Positions 48,331-59,596 of a DNA stretch of 64,000 bases are shown in pieces. Source of the DNA: Psammoneis japonica. Taxonomy: Eukaryota. The notes below the pieces were generated by a model that did not search any database, was not told the origin of the DNA, and saw nothing but the letters and a program-made list of their open reading frames with translations. How positions within the stretch are numbered: position 1 is the first letter of the stretch; each line of letters opens with the position of its first letter. The stretch is taken from contig QPGO01000066.1 in the NCBI GenBank assembly GCA_008632985.1, positions 62,001-126,000 of the forward strand. The letters are read 5' to 3'. The position numbers were made by a program, and so were the translations under genes.

Positions 48331-50274
48331 CTAAGACACTTGAGCTTTCCGTCGAAACCGCCGCTTCAAGTTGCCAGAGGCACCCTTGACTTGCTCCTTG
48401 ACCACTCGCCGTGCCAATCGCCGTCCACCCGACGTCTTGAGAACATCTCGAATGACTTTTTGTCGTTTAAATCCCGTCATGTGGGCCGAATCGTCCAATA
48501 GCTTGGAAATCTTGTCCAACTCGACACGTCCCGTTTCCGACGACCTCAACAAGTTTTGCAACGTGTCATCCATGACACTCGAATGGGTGGGATTCACCAT
48601 GAGTCGATTCAGTGCGTACGGATACAACATCTGCAGTATATTAAAGTCGCTGTCCAAGGACCGCGCCATGCCTTCGAGAATTCCCAGAGCACGTGCCTTT
48701 TGCATAAAGTACGGTGGCAGTTGAAAACGAAACCGCGGCACGAGCCCCGTCAGAGCGCTAATGAGCTTGTCAAATTGCAAGTCTGGAAATTCAATGGAGT
48801 TGTCGCCATTAGAATCGGGATAAATGAGCACATCATTCATGGTTTGATTGAGCGCTTGCGTCAGCGCCTTTCGTTCCTCTGGATCATCAATGACATCTTG
48901 TGGTACAATTTGGAGTTCCGTCAAGAGCATGGCGACCGCCTCGGAATCATGATCAAAGACCAAATGTGCCACGGCACACACCAGTGCATCGCGGACTTGT
49001 TGTGGTACAAAGGCCAATAAGCCAAAATCCAAATAACCCAGTTGCGGTGGTCCTTTTCCGCCATTACTCTTGATTTTGAGCAAATTACCTCCATGCGGGT
49101 CGGCGTGCAAGACACCCGTGTCCAACAATTGACTCAGTGTGCAATCAATCGCTTGTTTAATGACTAGTAAATTCTCGGACGACTCATTATCATGGTGAGT
49201 AGATGTTTCATCCAAATTGGTCAATTTCGTCCCATCCAACCATTCCATGACCAGTACATGTTCGGTACAGAGATGTGGATAAATTTCAGGCACCACCACT
49301 CGTGCATGTGACCTGGATGACTCTGGACGACGCGTCGAATACAACTTGGCAAAGGTTTCGGCATTGTTGGCTTCGTTGCGATAGTCCAATTCTTGAAAGA
49401 CTTTATCAAAAAATTCCTCCACGGAATCTTGCAATTCGGCCGCAATCAACGTATCGAGTTGTTTGCCTCCAAGAAGAAACGCCGGTGGGGCTGGAATGGA
49501 TTCGACGATGTGAGCTAATTTCTTTAATAGAGCAGCATCGCGTTGCATGAGTTTGTAAATATCGGGACGCTGAACCTTAATGGCGACAAGGTCATGTTGG
49601 TTGAGTTGCACCTTGTAGACTTGTCCGACACTGGCCGTGGCAATCGGATCGTCTTGGAGCGACTGTAAGACATTGTTCATTTCTTCCCGAGAAAGTACGT
49701 CACTCAATTCATTCTTGACAATGTCTTGTGCCACTTTGGAATCAAAGGGTTGCATGCAATCCTGGAGTTTTGACAAGGAATTGGCAAGCGACGGAGGAAT
49801 GGCGTCGGCACGAGATGCGAGAGCTTGACCAAATTTGACATAGACGGTACCCAATTCCTCGAGTGCTTCTGTGAGTATTTGTCCATTGGACTTGTCAGAA
49901 TTGTTGTGGCGTTTCCAAAATTCATTCCAATCACCCTGGGGGGGACCGTCTTGCAAAATTGACGCCGACAGGGGAATTGCAATATGCTTCAAGACAATGC
50001 CGGCAATTTCGAGAGCCCGAACAATTGGTGGTTCTTGTAATATATGATCCACAGACGCTGCTTCAATCGCTAGACACGTTTCATCGTCCTCATCAAATGG
50101 ATTCCAATCGTCGTCATCAACAATAACAGTTGGTGAAGCGTTATCGGGTATCGTCGTCTGTATGGATTGTCTTGTTGTTGTCAGTCGTGGTGCCGAAACA
50201 GCAAAACCATCACACCGCCACTGCGTCAATGTAAAGCTCAACAATAGCAAACATTGCAATAATAGGCGACTCAT
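48331..50274 (-). CDS. ABC1/UbiB (ABC1K) atypical protein kinase, probably plastid-targeted
   Basis: LG.VYVKFGQALASR.D, LQD, PIATASVGQVYK, VAIKVQRP, ELDYRNEA.N, VLVMEW, LHADPHGGNL and YLDFGL. The signal peptide ends CDG-FAV. Confidence 0.93.
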   Translation of the reverse strand: MSRLLLQCLLLLSFTLTQWRCDGFAVSAPRLTTTRQSIQTTIPDNASPTVIVDDDDWNPFDEDDETCLAIEAASVDHILQEPPIVRALEIAGIVLKHIAIPLSASILQDGPPQGDWNEFWKRHNNSDKSNGQILTEALEELGTVYVKFGQALASRADAIPPSLANSLSKLQDCMQPFDSKVAQDIVKNELSDVLSREEMNNVLQSLQDDPIATASVGQVYKVQLNQHDLVAIKVQRPDIYKLMQRDAALLKKLAHIVESIPAPPAFLLGGKQLDTLIAAELQDSVEEFFDKVFQELDYRNEANNAETFAKLYSTRRPESSRSHARVVVPEIYPHLCTEHVLVMEWLDGTKLTNLDETSTHHDNESSENLLVIKQAIDCTLSQLLDTGVLHADPHGGNLLKIKSNGGKGPPQLGYLDFGLLAFVPQQVRDALVCAVAHLVFDHDSEAVAMLLTELQIVPQDVIDDPEERKALTQALNQTMNDVLIYPDSNGDNSIEFPDLQFDKLISALTGLVPRFRFQLPPYFMQKARALGILEGMARSLDSDFNILQMLYPYALNRLMVNPTHSSVMDDTLQNLLRSSETGRVELDKISKLLDDSAHMTGFKRQKVIRDVLKTSGGRRLARRVVKEQVKGASGNLKRRFRRKAQVS

Positions 50275-50640
50275 TGTGCAAATAGGGTTGATAATATGGC
50301 AAGAAAGAGAAACACTCGTCGTGTTCTTTGCACATTCTTCGGGTTGTGGTGTCAACTCTGCCGTGCGACTTTTTTTGGAATTTTGAGGTTGGCGTGCGCG
50401 CGACTTTTTTTACTGTTGAAGCACGAACCAAATTACCTTATTCATATTAGGGAAATACACTAAAGATATATATTTGATCAAATGAAAAAACCTTATTCAA
50501 GTTTCCACCCTATGCATCTTTATCAGCATCTTTCTCGCAACGGCCGCAGGATCGCAGATGATGATGGCTGCGGCGGCGCTATTACTGTTTTGCCATAGGC
50601 CCTACCGGATGCACAACTCCACTACCCAATGCAATCAGGC

Positions 50641-52095
50641 ATGTCACTCCTCCATAAGGCATGTATATGCTTCTTACTGACAACGCATGGTTCTTTGGCG
50701 TTGCAAACCAGTCCACATCGGCCTGCTTCTCGAGTGAAAGATTGGAACAACAACAGCAATAACAGCAACAACAACAACAATGATTTACTAGCTCAGCGTC
50801 GTCGTCGTCCATTCAGTACCATCCCCGAAACGGCTCCAGGAAATCTACGTCGACGATGGTTTGGAGATGAGGTACCCAAACTCAGCATGCCCATTGCCTT
50901 GACGAGTGCCATTGTGGCTTCACTCAAGAGCAAGAATCCCATCGACGCCATTTCTCTGTTTTTCACAACACTGCTGGACGAGCAACAAGCTCAAAACAAA
51001 AACGACGCCCTGCCCATTGCATACAAGCCTTTTGAACAATTGAATTTTTGCAAGGACTGTATCAAGACACAAGAAGCGATTCGTCAAGCTCCAGTGAAAC
51101 CGTTTTTATTGGAATTAACTCCACAAGCTTGTAGTGTCGATCCCAACGACTCTGCATGTCAGTTAGATTGGATTCAACAACACTCCGAGCAACTGCGACA
51201 ATACAAGCTATCCCATGGAGCCGTCTATTTCAAATCATGGTCCTTGTTTCAAGATGCACATGGCGTCCAACAAGCATGGCAAGCACTGGGATTGACACCG
51301 TGTCGTGATCCCAAAGAAGTTCGTGGTCCGACACCACTCTTGCAGGGCAGTTCCACCATTTATGAAACACTCAACAACAAGGCGGATGCCCAAACACATT
51401 TGGGATTGCACTTTGAAGGCATTCCCGGAATCATGCCCACGTCGGCGCTCTTTGCGTGTTTTACTCCCGCATCAAGTGGCGGAGAATTTTTGCTTTGTGA
51501 TGGACGACGCGTCTTTTGTGACTTGGATACCGAAACGTTGGCCCATCTCGAAACCAAGAAACTTCGACCCACCTTTGCCGAATTGCCGACATGGATATCC
51601 AAATCTCCCTTGCATTTCATACCCATTTTCAACACGCTCCATTTCGAGTTGCTGGCACTCTTTACCGACATGACCAAACCCACCGACGACTTTTTTCTTG
51701 ACGTTTTTCCAACAAATAACAATTCTGAAGAAACATGTTTGAAATTGACAACGCACGCCACGGTTCCTGTGTTATTGCATCCCGTCACGTCCATTCCCAC
51801 TTGGTTTTCCGGTATGGACGCGGGACTCAAGCGTAATTTTGATCAAGACAATCCGCATTTGACGGATAAAAAAGGCAAATACGCGTCGGAAACCTTTAAT
51901 GTACGATATGGATGTAATGGAGAGGAATTGTTGGAACGTGATGTACGACATGTCCGAGAGGCGTGTCGCAAACACACTGCAGATTTGTCCATGCAATCCG
52001 GCGACGCGGTATTGTTGGATAATTTTACGGTATTGCACGGACGGAAACCCTTCCAGGGGACTCGGCAACACGCGGTTGTTTGGTTTTTGGATTAA
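50641..52095 (+). CDS. TauD/TfdA-family 2OG-Fe(II) dioxygenase with N-terminal targeting peptide
   Basis: HGAVYFK, LGLHFEG, FACFTPASSGGEFLLCDGRRV, HPVT...WF and MQSGDAVLLDNFTVLHGRKPFQGTR. Confidence 0.85.
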   Translation: MSLLHKACICFLLTTHGSLALQTSPHRPASRVKDWNNNSNNSNNNNNDLLAQRRRRPFSTIPETAPGNLRRRWFGDEVPKLSMPIALTSAIVASLKSKNPIDAISLFFTTLLDEQQAQNKNDALPIAYKPFEQLNFCKDCIKTQEAIRQAPVKPFLLELTPQACSVDPNDSACQLDWIQQHSEQLRQYKLSHGAVYFKSWSLFQDAHGVQQAWQALGLTPCRDPKEVRGPTPLLQGSSTIYETLNNKADAQTHLGLHFEGIPGIMPTSALFACFTPASSGGEFLLCDGRRVFCDLDTETLAHLETKKLRPTFAELPTWISKSPLHFIPIFNTLHFELLALFTDMTKPTDDFFLDVFPTNNNSEETCLKLTTHATVPVLLHPVTSIPTWFSGMDAGLKRNFDQDNPHLTDKKGKYASETFNVRYGCNGEELLERDVRHVREACRKHTADLSMQSGDAVLLDNFTVLHGRKPFQGTRQHAVVWFLD

Positions 52096-52142
52096 AAAAA
52101 AAGAACAAACAACGAGCGACATTGGTAGTTAAAATAGAAACA

Positions 52143-52230
52143 TCATGGTAGACTTGCGCTCTTGATACGCCAACACGCGGTTTGAATTGTCATGGTAGAC
52201 TTGCGCTCTTGATACGCCAACTCGCGGTTT
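52143..52230. repeat. Tandem duplication, 47-bp period
   Basis: TCATGGTAGACTTGCGCTCTTGATACGCCAAC.CGCGGTTT at 52143 and 52190. Confidence 0.9.
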
Positions 52231-52385
52231 GCGTTGTATTTGGAGTGGACAATATAGCGATGGGAAAGGCATGGCGCACAAAAAGTCGGATACTGGTATT
52301 ATACTATTGTGGCTTTATCAAAGTAGGAACATGGCTCTATTATAGCTCTAGACACTGTCGCTTTTCGTTGCGCGCAATACTTCTT

Positions 52386-53012
52386 CTAATGATCTTCAAG
52401 GCAAATGGGAAGGTCACGTTCGCCGGCTTCGTTCAGAATGTCCCGAATGCCCATGTTGGACCTCCTGACGCTCTTTTTGTATTGACCATTTTCAATAAGC
52501 GAATTGGCCATTTCAAGCTTTTGTGTTGGCGTTCCACCAAGGAATTCTTCATCTTCAAAGTATTCAGCATCGGTAAGAATGTCAATCATTTCTTCCAAGA
52601 GCCCCGCGGCACACATGCTTGCCAATTCTCCGGCGTCATTGCCAAAAAATTCGGCTCTTTCATTTTCGATATTGGAGGCCCGTTTCGCCAAAACATTGAA
52701 CCACTTTGTGGCTTGCAAGAGGCGATTGACGGATACAACCGCGTTGCCGCCGTCTTCCATAACCTTCTTGGCAATACGAAGTTTTGTAGCGGCGCTGTCG
52801 GAATATCGGTCAAGCTTGGCATCGCCAAAGGGCTCCTCTCCAAAACTGTCCAGAAGCGCGCTGAGGCAATCAATGTAGTTGCAAGTGGGAAGGTCCATTT
52901 CTTCGGGAAAGGGAGCCGTGTGACCAGGGAGTTTCCTCTCCTCTTCTGTAGCGGAAGCGTTTCCCACGAAGAGAGCAACAGTAGCAAAGGCGGCAGCACT
53001 GGCGAGCTTCAT
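52386..53012 (-). CDS. Secreted hypothetical protein (208 aa)
   Basis: Clear signal peptide MKLASAAAFATVALFVGNASA in an intact ORF with normal composition. Confidence 0.75.
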   Translation of the reverse strand: MKLASAAAFATVALFVGNASATEEERKLPGHTAPFPEEMDLPTCNYIDCLSALLDSFGEEPFGDAKLDRYSDSAATKLRIAKKVMEDGGNAVVSVNRLLQATKWFNVLAKRASNIENERAEFFGNDAGELASMCAAGLLEEMIDILTDAEYFEDEEFLGGTPTQKLEMANSLIENGQYKKSVRRSNMGIRDILNEAGERDLPICLEDH

Positions 53013-53295
53013 TTTGACAAGTGCTTTTCAAAGAGACTGATTTTTTTAAAAGACTGAGGTATCAGAGGAGACGGTAGCTGTTGTTCTTGAGCCTTGCAAG
53101 ATTGTGAGAAAAATAGCAAAGGTTCTTGCGGTGTGAAAACAAGAGAGCAAATTGAAAAGCGAACTTGTGACAAAACACGTTGGTACCGTTTCGAAATATA
53201 TCATTAAGTAAATAAGTCTTGATTCTGTCTTGTGAATAATCACATTTTATGAATGATTAATCTAAATACTTAAAAAATATATTTAGAATCCAAGA

Positions 53296-54019
53296 TTAAG
53301 GGTGGTCGGTTGCTACTTTTTTTAGCTCGAATTCGGCCGAATAGCTCGTGTTTTGCATGATTTTTCCTGAATTTCACCGTGCTTCACCGTGGTGAAAACA
53401 ACAAGCCATAAGTCTGTGACGGAGGTGGTCCGTCTACCAACTCTCATTTATTTTATGTTTGTTATGTAACAAAGATTGTATACACATGAAAAGTTGGTAG
53501 ACGGCAAACTACGTTTTTGAGAAATATCGATGATTGTCATCATCGTCGTGCTTCGGTCGCGGTGCTGATGGTTCTTCTCGTTCAATAGCAATCTTTCGCG
53601 CTGTAGAGTCATTTACGTAGAAATGTGTAGAACAGTACCAAGATAATTATTGAAAAGTCTGTCTGTCTGTCCTTAGTGAATTTTAACTTTGCGAAAAATG
53701 GACTTGACTGTTTTCTGATCAGGCGTATTTTTCTTCAATACATTTGCAAAAATACGCCTGACCCGATAACAGTCAAGTCTATTATTTTTGCACAAATTGT
53801 GTGAACATATCAGTTTCAGTACAAAAACGTGTAGATTCTACAGGCGTCCATAATTATTTTATGCTTTTTACGTCACGGGTCATTTTCGAAAGATTCCTAT
53901 TGTCGTGCGCGATCGGGTGTGACTATGAATAATTCTTGTATTCAAAAATAAACACTATAAAAAACCTTATTCAAATGCAACGGTAATTTTAGGATAAACG
54001 CGGGGATGACCCCCCTTAA
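53296..54019. mobile_element. Possible non-autonomous TTAA-flanked element (Kolobok-like) with internal hairpins
   Basis: TTAA|GGGTGGTC at the left and GACCCCCC|TTAA at the right (7/8 inverted match only). Internal inverted repeats at 53430-53504 and 53701-53779. Confidence 0.3.
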
Positions 54020-54734
54020 AACGCGAACAAGTGACATTTTCTGGTTTGAACGGAACAATAATTCTTCTGGTCGAGGGCCTGCTGCCATGCAACTGTCTGA
54101 TCCCTCCCAATGGCCTGCTACAATGACTGAAACACGCAGGGACAATGACAAAGCCTAAATCGACGATTGCTGCTGACTTTAGAGTCATGTTTGTCGACGC
54201 ACTGGCGAAGAGGCCGTGTGTCTATTGAATACGTGTTGGATCCTTTCATTTCGGTATAGCCCATTCAACCATCTAAGCAGATACTACTATACAAAATAGA
54301 AAACTGGGAGTGTACGCAACGTTGTCTTTTGATACAATAACTACGGCATGATATATAGATAGCTACACCATGCGCCTTTAGTCCGGCACATTCGCTTTGC
54401 GATTATACAGTGGATTCATTAGAAATCGCGTTATGCTGGAGCTGATGCACGGCAGCTTTACCCAGAAAGGAACAGATCTCCCATTGCGATCGCCTCCGGT
54501 ATCTCTGACCTCATCGAACAAAACACCGGTTTTAAGACGAGAGGTGACACCGCCTGCCAGCACGTGCCCTTTCGCGGCAGATGACGCGGATTCTCCCGTA
54601 TAGTAGACTGAAGTTCACCAACGCTGTCCTGACCGACTTGTACCGCGTCTCTCTGTCAAGTCCTTGTTTCACCATTCATCTCGTTTCCGCTGCTTGCCAA
54701 TTGCAATCACTTCATCGTCATTTGTGTTTCATTG

Positions 54735-56180
54735 TTACATGGGGCATCTACAATGGATTTCTTCCCCGTCTGTAGCCCGTAGGGTTCCGTTGTTGCCATT
54801 GAACAGTTCGCCAGGATGCTCGAGTTGTAGAGTGTACTTGTTGCCAGGCTTTCCACCTTCCCACGATGATGATGATGATGACTCGTCGTTGTTATCCGTG
54901 GGATACTCGAGCAATATCTTGCTGTCGGAGTGTCGACAATGCACTCGGACTAGAAATTCTCCTTGTTCCTGTTGATCATTCCAAACGGTTGTCAAGCCGT
55001 CTACCGAAACAATGTCAAATTCATCTGTATTGTAAAAGCACAAGTCTTCCTTTCTTGCCGTGGATTGAATGAGCTTTTCCATATATGTCGGATTGCTTCT
55101 GTTTTCTTCGACGGCTTGTACAAAGGATCGAAAGCCACCGGCAGCAAAGTGGTCTGCCCATTCGCGCTTCACAGAAGCGTCTTGAATGTATTTCACAACC
55201 ATGCGTAGCAAGTACTCACGCTCCACCAATCCAATACCAGGACTCCTCCACAACAAAAATGTCAGTTGCCCACAGAGAAAGGTTCCCGTGTATTGTGTAT
55301 CCGGATGGTACTCGGCGACAGTATTGTCGTTGGGGCTGGCCGAAAAAAAGAGTACGGCACGATTGTCATGTGCCGCGGGTCCGGCGTGTAGCACGCTGCC
55401 TGGTAAGGAAAGCAACGATCCTGTTGGTAATAACGAATCGTCGTCGTCCGTACCGATTTCGGTCAGTTTGGATTCGGGAAGGAGCGTGTTTCCGTAATCT
55501 CGTAGCAAATTCATGACCCGTGTGCTTTGATGTATTGCGCTTGTCAAGTTTTTTGGAAACTTTTCCACTTGATCACTCCACTCATTCCATAACTCTTCCA
55601 AGTCTTGTACGGAGACAATGTCATCCTTGCATACATACACAAACGTGCCAGGACTACTGTCGGTAACGATGAGTCCAAATTGATAATTGGGTGCCAACAA
55701 ATCAATGTGCGCATCTTGTTTGTCACAAGCACCAAACGTTAAAATCAAACTGAAATTACCAAATTTGAATTGTTCTGACGACAAAATGATTCGTGTATCC
55801 CTCGACGCTTGTCGAATGGCATATTGTACAATTTCGTCCTTGGCATCGTTTGGAAATTGATTGTGTTGTAAAATTTCATCGAGACAGGTCGAGCACTTGT
55901 CGGCGGCATTCGCTACAAACACTTCCAAACGACCCGTTTGAATAGGACGAACCGATTCTTCTTGTGTAATATTGCTGCCATGATTGTTTTCCTTAATAAT
56001 GTGTTTGTCATAACATTTTGTAGAAGAACGTGTAAAGAGAACTTTGCCGAGTTTTTTCAAGAGTTGCAAAGCTCGTTTGTCGTTCTCCTCGGGAGATGAT
56101 TCGGGAGGTGGAATGAGCATCAAAGGTGACATCAATGACAATTGCTGCTCTTGATGCTTTCTCTTTTGTCGAGTCGTCAT
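54735..56180 (-). CDS. Hypothetical protein with 2OG-Fe(II) dioxygenase-type motifs
   Basis: Long intact ORF with QDAHID...GSLLSLPGSVLHAGPA...RAVLFF (HxD...H...R). The start codon is uncertain. Confidence 0.65.
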   Translation of the reverse strand: MTTRQKRKHQEQQLSLMSPLMLIPPPESSPEENDKRALQLLKKLGKVLFTRSSTKCYDKHIIKENNHGSNITQEESVRPIQTGRLEVFVANAADKCSTCLDEILQHNQFPNDAKDEIVQYAIRQASRDTRIILSSEQFKFGNFSLILTFGACDKQDAHIDLLAPNYQFGLIVTDSSPGTFVYVCKDDIVSVQDLEELWNEWSDQVEKFPKNLTSAIHQSTRVMNLLRDYGNTLLPESKLTEIGTDDDDSLLPTGSLLSLPGSVLHAGPAAHDNRAVLFFSASPNDNTVAEYHPDTQYTGTFLCGQLTFLLWRSPGIGLVEREYLLRMVVKYIQDASVKREWADHFAAGGFRSFVQAVEENRSNPTYMEKLIQSTARKEDLCFYNTDEFDIVSVDGLTTVWNDQQEQGEFLVRVHCRHSDSKILLEYPTDNNDESSSSSSWEGGKPGNKYTLQLEHPGELFNGNNGTLRATDGEEIHCRCPM

Positions 56181-56459
56181 GATGTTTTGTATAATGTGAT
56201 GAGTGGTACCGTGAAAGGAGGCAGAGGTGTGCAACAGCAGCAGCGCCGCAACAATAAAACACATCAACAACCGAGATGCACTTCGCATTAACCATATACA
56301 GCAATGTATATTATATTGAAAAATCGAAAAAATTAGCTTCGCTCGAAATCCGTGAAAAGTTGTGAAAGACACACAGCAAGTTCACACACGGTGCACGTGC
56401 AAACAAAAGGAGAGACCCAATTCTTGTGTGATGCCGATTGAAATGCCTGACGAACAAAA

Positions 56460-57600
56460 CGACAGCATTGTGGAAAACTGTCGATTGAAGTCCCCCAAGG
56501 AAATGGCACAGAGGCAAACATCAACACGGCTCTGTCAAAAATCTGTTTGCTCAAATCTGCCCCAAAGCGTGCTCCAATTTGGCTGTGAGTTTCTGCAAGC
56601 CAAGTCATTGTGACAAAGCAGAAGCATCAGCTGCTCAGTCACACCCTGCCCCAGACCCCAGCTTACAGCATGGGGTGTGGCAAACACAGTGCAGAGTTGC
56701 ACGGGAATGCTCTCCCCTGGTGGTGTGCCGTGCCATGTTGCTGAAATCTCTTGCTGGATGGTGAGCAGTGAAAAAGGAGGCCTTCTCTGCCACCACAAAG
56801 CCCAACAAAGAGACAGCCCATGTGTGTGGCATTGCATTCCTGGGAGGTCTGATTGGTTGGTTGTTGCTTTGTGCTTTGTGTGTGATGTCACAGAAATGAG
56901 CGAATCAACACACCACTTAATTCTGCGGCATGAGGAGGCTGTGGTGCAAAACAGTGCAACACAGCAGCAGAAACAGCAGCAACAGTGACAGAAACTGACA
57001 TTTGCATCTGCACTCTGCATCTGTGGCTCTTCTGCTCTGGCACTGGGGCTGGTGCTGCTGCCATGATGTGCCATGTTCTGGGTGGGCACACCAAAGCATC
57101 TCGCAGCCAAAAGATGGTGGAGCCACCAAAGTGAAGTGCCTGCTGTGTGCCCAAATGGATGGGAACAAAGTGGAGCTCATGCTCTTTGGGAGCTGCTCTT
57201 TCATCCTAAAATTCTTCACCCATGTCAAAATGAGGAGCAAAACCTCTCCCCAGCTGGGAAAAGTTTGCTTGGCAAGTTCCACAAGAGGGTGGTGCTCTCA
57301 GCAATGGATTTTTCTGAGCCCCCCACCCCCACCCCAGGGCATCTTCCATGTGTGCATGCTGTCATTGCCGCTGGCAGGTTCCCAAAATTAGTTTCATCTT
57401 CCTGCCTTGGCAGCTGGTGGTGTGTCACAAAGATCCACAGGTGCAGCAGCCACTGGGGGAGGCATTCTCCTGGTCCTGTGCCATGATGTGGAGCCCTTCT
57501 TGGTGCCAGTGAATTTTGCCAAACCCACCTTTTGATGCCACAGTGGGCAGGAGGGCCGTCGCAGTGCCTGTGGTGTCACAGCATTGAGAAAGCAGTCAGC
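56460..57600. repeat. Dispersed repeat family, copy A
   Basis: CATTGTGGAAAACTGTC.ATTG.AGTC.CCCAAGGAAATGGCACA and downstream blocks align colinearly with 60548-61385. Depleted in TpA and CpG. Confidence 0.8.
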
Positions 57601-57849
57601 AACACCAGTGCCAGCGAGTGTCTTTAGAACCATCAACTCACCACCGGGGGGCACGCTTCCTGCAGCCTTGTAATCTGTTGTTGTGACGTGCCTCTAGTGC
57701 CATCTGGCATAACTTCTTCAACTGTCACCTTTTTGGTCCCATCAGCTAACACCATCGTCATCGTTAAACGAAAAGAAAGAAGCCTTCCATGTCTCTGCAT
57801 GCGACAAAGAACATGTGGAAGGGGGTGATGTTGGGGAACTTGATGGATA

Positions 57850-58187
57850 CATTGACATCATCGTGAGAGAGCACGAGCCATCGAAGAGTTTGGCGGTGGA
57901 TCTACCCATGATAATGACCGCCATGCCGGCCGAAAGAGCAAGTTCTAGAGCCATGCGTGGAACCCAGCGCCTCCAACGGTGGCCCCAGTTACGACAGCAA
58001 GTTTTCCATTGACCGCCTCCTTTGCTTCAGGGGCTTCGCTGAAGAGTTTGGAACAGTATGCGATGGCATCCGGGGCGGTGAATGCATTCTGCAACGCGAA
58101 ATAGAGCTGCGACTTGCGAAGAAACTCGTACTTCTTACTCGCTGCGTCTTTGTCAAGAGGAACCGTTTCTTTCCCAACAAAGCCCAT
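57850..58187 (-). pseudogene. Short-chain dehydrogenase/reductase, frameshifted and 3'-truncated
   Basis: GKLAVVTGATVGGAGFH, a frameshift near 57955, then ALELALSAGMAVIIMGRS..KL, after which similarity is lost next to the repeat. Confidence 0.65.
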
Positions 58188-58366
58188 AGTGATGATTTAT
58201 GTTGCTCTCTCGGTCCAATTCTTTACATCAATGGCGGAGGCCTGCTTTCATCGCTAACCCATCACTATACTACTACTTATCACTCATCATCATCTGATGA
58301 TGATGATGCTCTAATATCGTTCTTCAGGCTTCTCAGGCGCGCAAAGATATTCGTCATTTACAAGCC

Positions 58367-59596
58367 TCATGACTCAAGATCAAATTCTGGGCGTTTGAAG
58401 TAAACTACTTCACAGCCCGACTCATTCTTGTGATACTTTCGGTTCTTCATCCACGTTGTGTCAGGCTTGTCAAGAATCCTGTCCCATGTCAGATACGCAA
58501 GGGAATCACCAAGCTGTCTGAGCTCGTCGCTATCAAGTTCGATTGTGTATTTCTGCATCATCTTTGAAAGACGAGCAAAGTCTCGGGCTTCGCTCAAGCC
58601 TGCTTGTCGAAAAGCTGATCTCATGGATTGCTCTCGATTCTTGCCGTTGTGACCATAGTGTCTGACGGTCTCTGCAGGGCCGGGCAAGTAATTGTGCGAC
58701 GTTGACAGGACCTCTACTCCATTATTGTACATGTTTGGGTAGAGAAAGGCGTTGACAGCGCCTTGTTCCCAAGAAAAGTTGGTTGCACACCAGTTGATAT
58801 TCCACCACCTAGAAAGCACTTGACGTCCTTCTTCTGAAGGGGCAAGGATAAAGTTGCTGGTAATTGCGGCTTCTCCGCAAAAGGGGCGGTTCGAAAAGAA
58901 CAGCATGAATGAATCTCTTTTGAGCTTGTTGCACTCTGGAGTAAGACAACCCTCATATAATTCTTTCGGCGATTCGATCTTGAGCTCGCGGTATCCTTTG
59001 GAGGAGCAGCCGAGGCCTGTTCCATCTAGAAACGTTTGAATAGACACCTCTTGGCGAATCCAAGCAGAGTCGGAGTCCATCCACATGAGTGATCCTGAGC
59101 TTATCGAAAGAGCCTTTTCCATTGCAAGCAGTTTTCCCCATGCAGCGTGTCTTAAACCAAACAAGGGATGATAGCATTCGTTATCTGCCAGAACAAAGTG
59201 ATAATACGTGTAACCGTTTTTCTCCGCGTATGCCATGTTGATCAAAGATGCCCACTCATAAAATGTTGCGTTCTCAGGAGTTAAGCTCTCTAAACCGAAA
59301 CGGGGGCGTCGATTGTCCGCTGAGACAAGAGTGAACAGATTGCGAGTCAAGCGATGTTCATGTTTCATTGAAAGGATCCAGGTCAGAAGCCCGCAGCCAC
59401 AAATAAGGAGCACAAGCACCATACGAGCAACGGTATTCTTCTTGGCGCGGACAAAAAGGACAGATCTCTTGACACCGCCCATCACTTTCGCCAGCTCTAT
59501 CTGTCCAACCTCATGTGATGCGGCTTCTGAAATTATGTGCTTCCTTTCATGGAACTTTTCACCACCTGTCGCCTCGTACCGCCGCTTCAATCCCAT
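58367..59596 (-). CDS. Glycosyltransferase, GT34 (GMA12/MNN10)-like, type II membrane
   Basis: TM helix, then YAEKNGY.Y, RHAAWGKL, LMWMDSDSA, WWN and FSWEQGAVN. Confidence 0.8.
   Translation of the reverse strand: MGLKRRYEATGGEKFHERKHIISEAASHEVGQIELAKVMGGVKRSVLFVRAKKNTVARMVLVLLICGCGLLTWILSMKHEHRLTRNLFTLVSADNRRPRFGLESLTPENATFYEWASLINMAYAEKNGYTYYHFVLADNECYHPLFGLRHAAWGKLLAMEKALSISSGSLMWMDSDSAWIRQEVSIQTFLDGTGLGCSSKGYRELKIESPKELYEGCLTPECNKLKRDSFMLFFSNRPFCGEAAITSNFILAPSEEGRQVLSRWWNINWCATNFSWEQGAVNAFLYPNMYNNGVEVLSTSHNYLPGPAETVRHYGHNGKNREQSMRSAFRQAGLSEARDFARLSKMMQKYTIELDSDELRQLGDSLAYLTWDRILDKPDTTWMKNRKYHKNESGCEVVYFKRPEFDLES

Noticed and set aside
52182..53057. 291-aa plus-strand ORF
   Set aside because: Antisense shadow of the signal-peptide gene at 52386-53012, with no recognisable motifs.
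45794..59596. Glycosylation gene cluster (GT77, GT34, plus the GT1 at the window start)
   Set aside because: The genes are far apart, belong to large unrelated families and are interspersed with unrelated genes.
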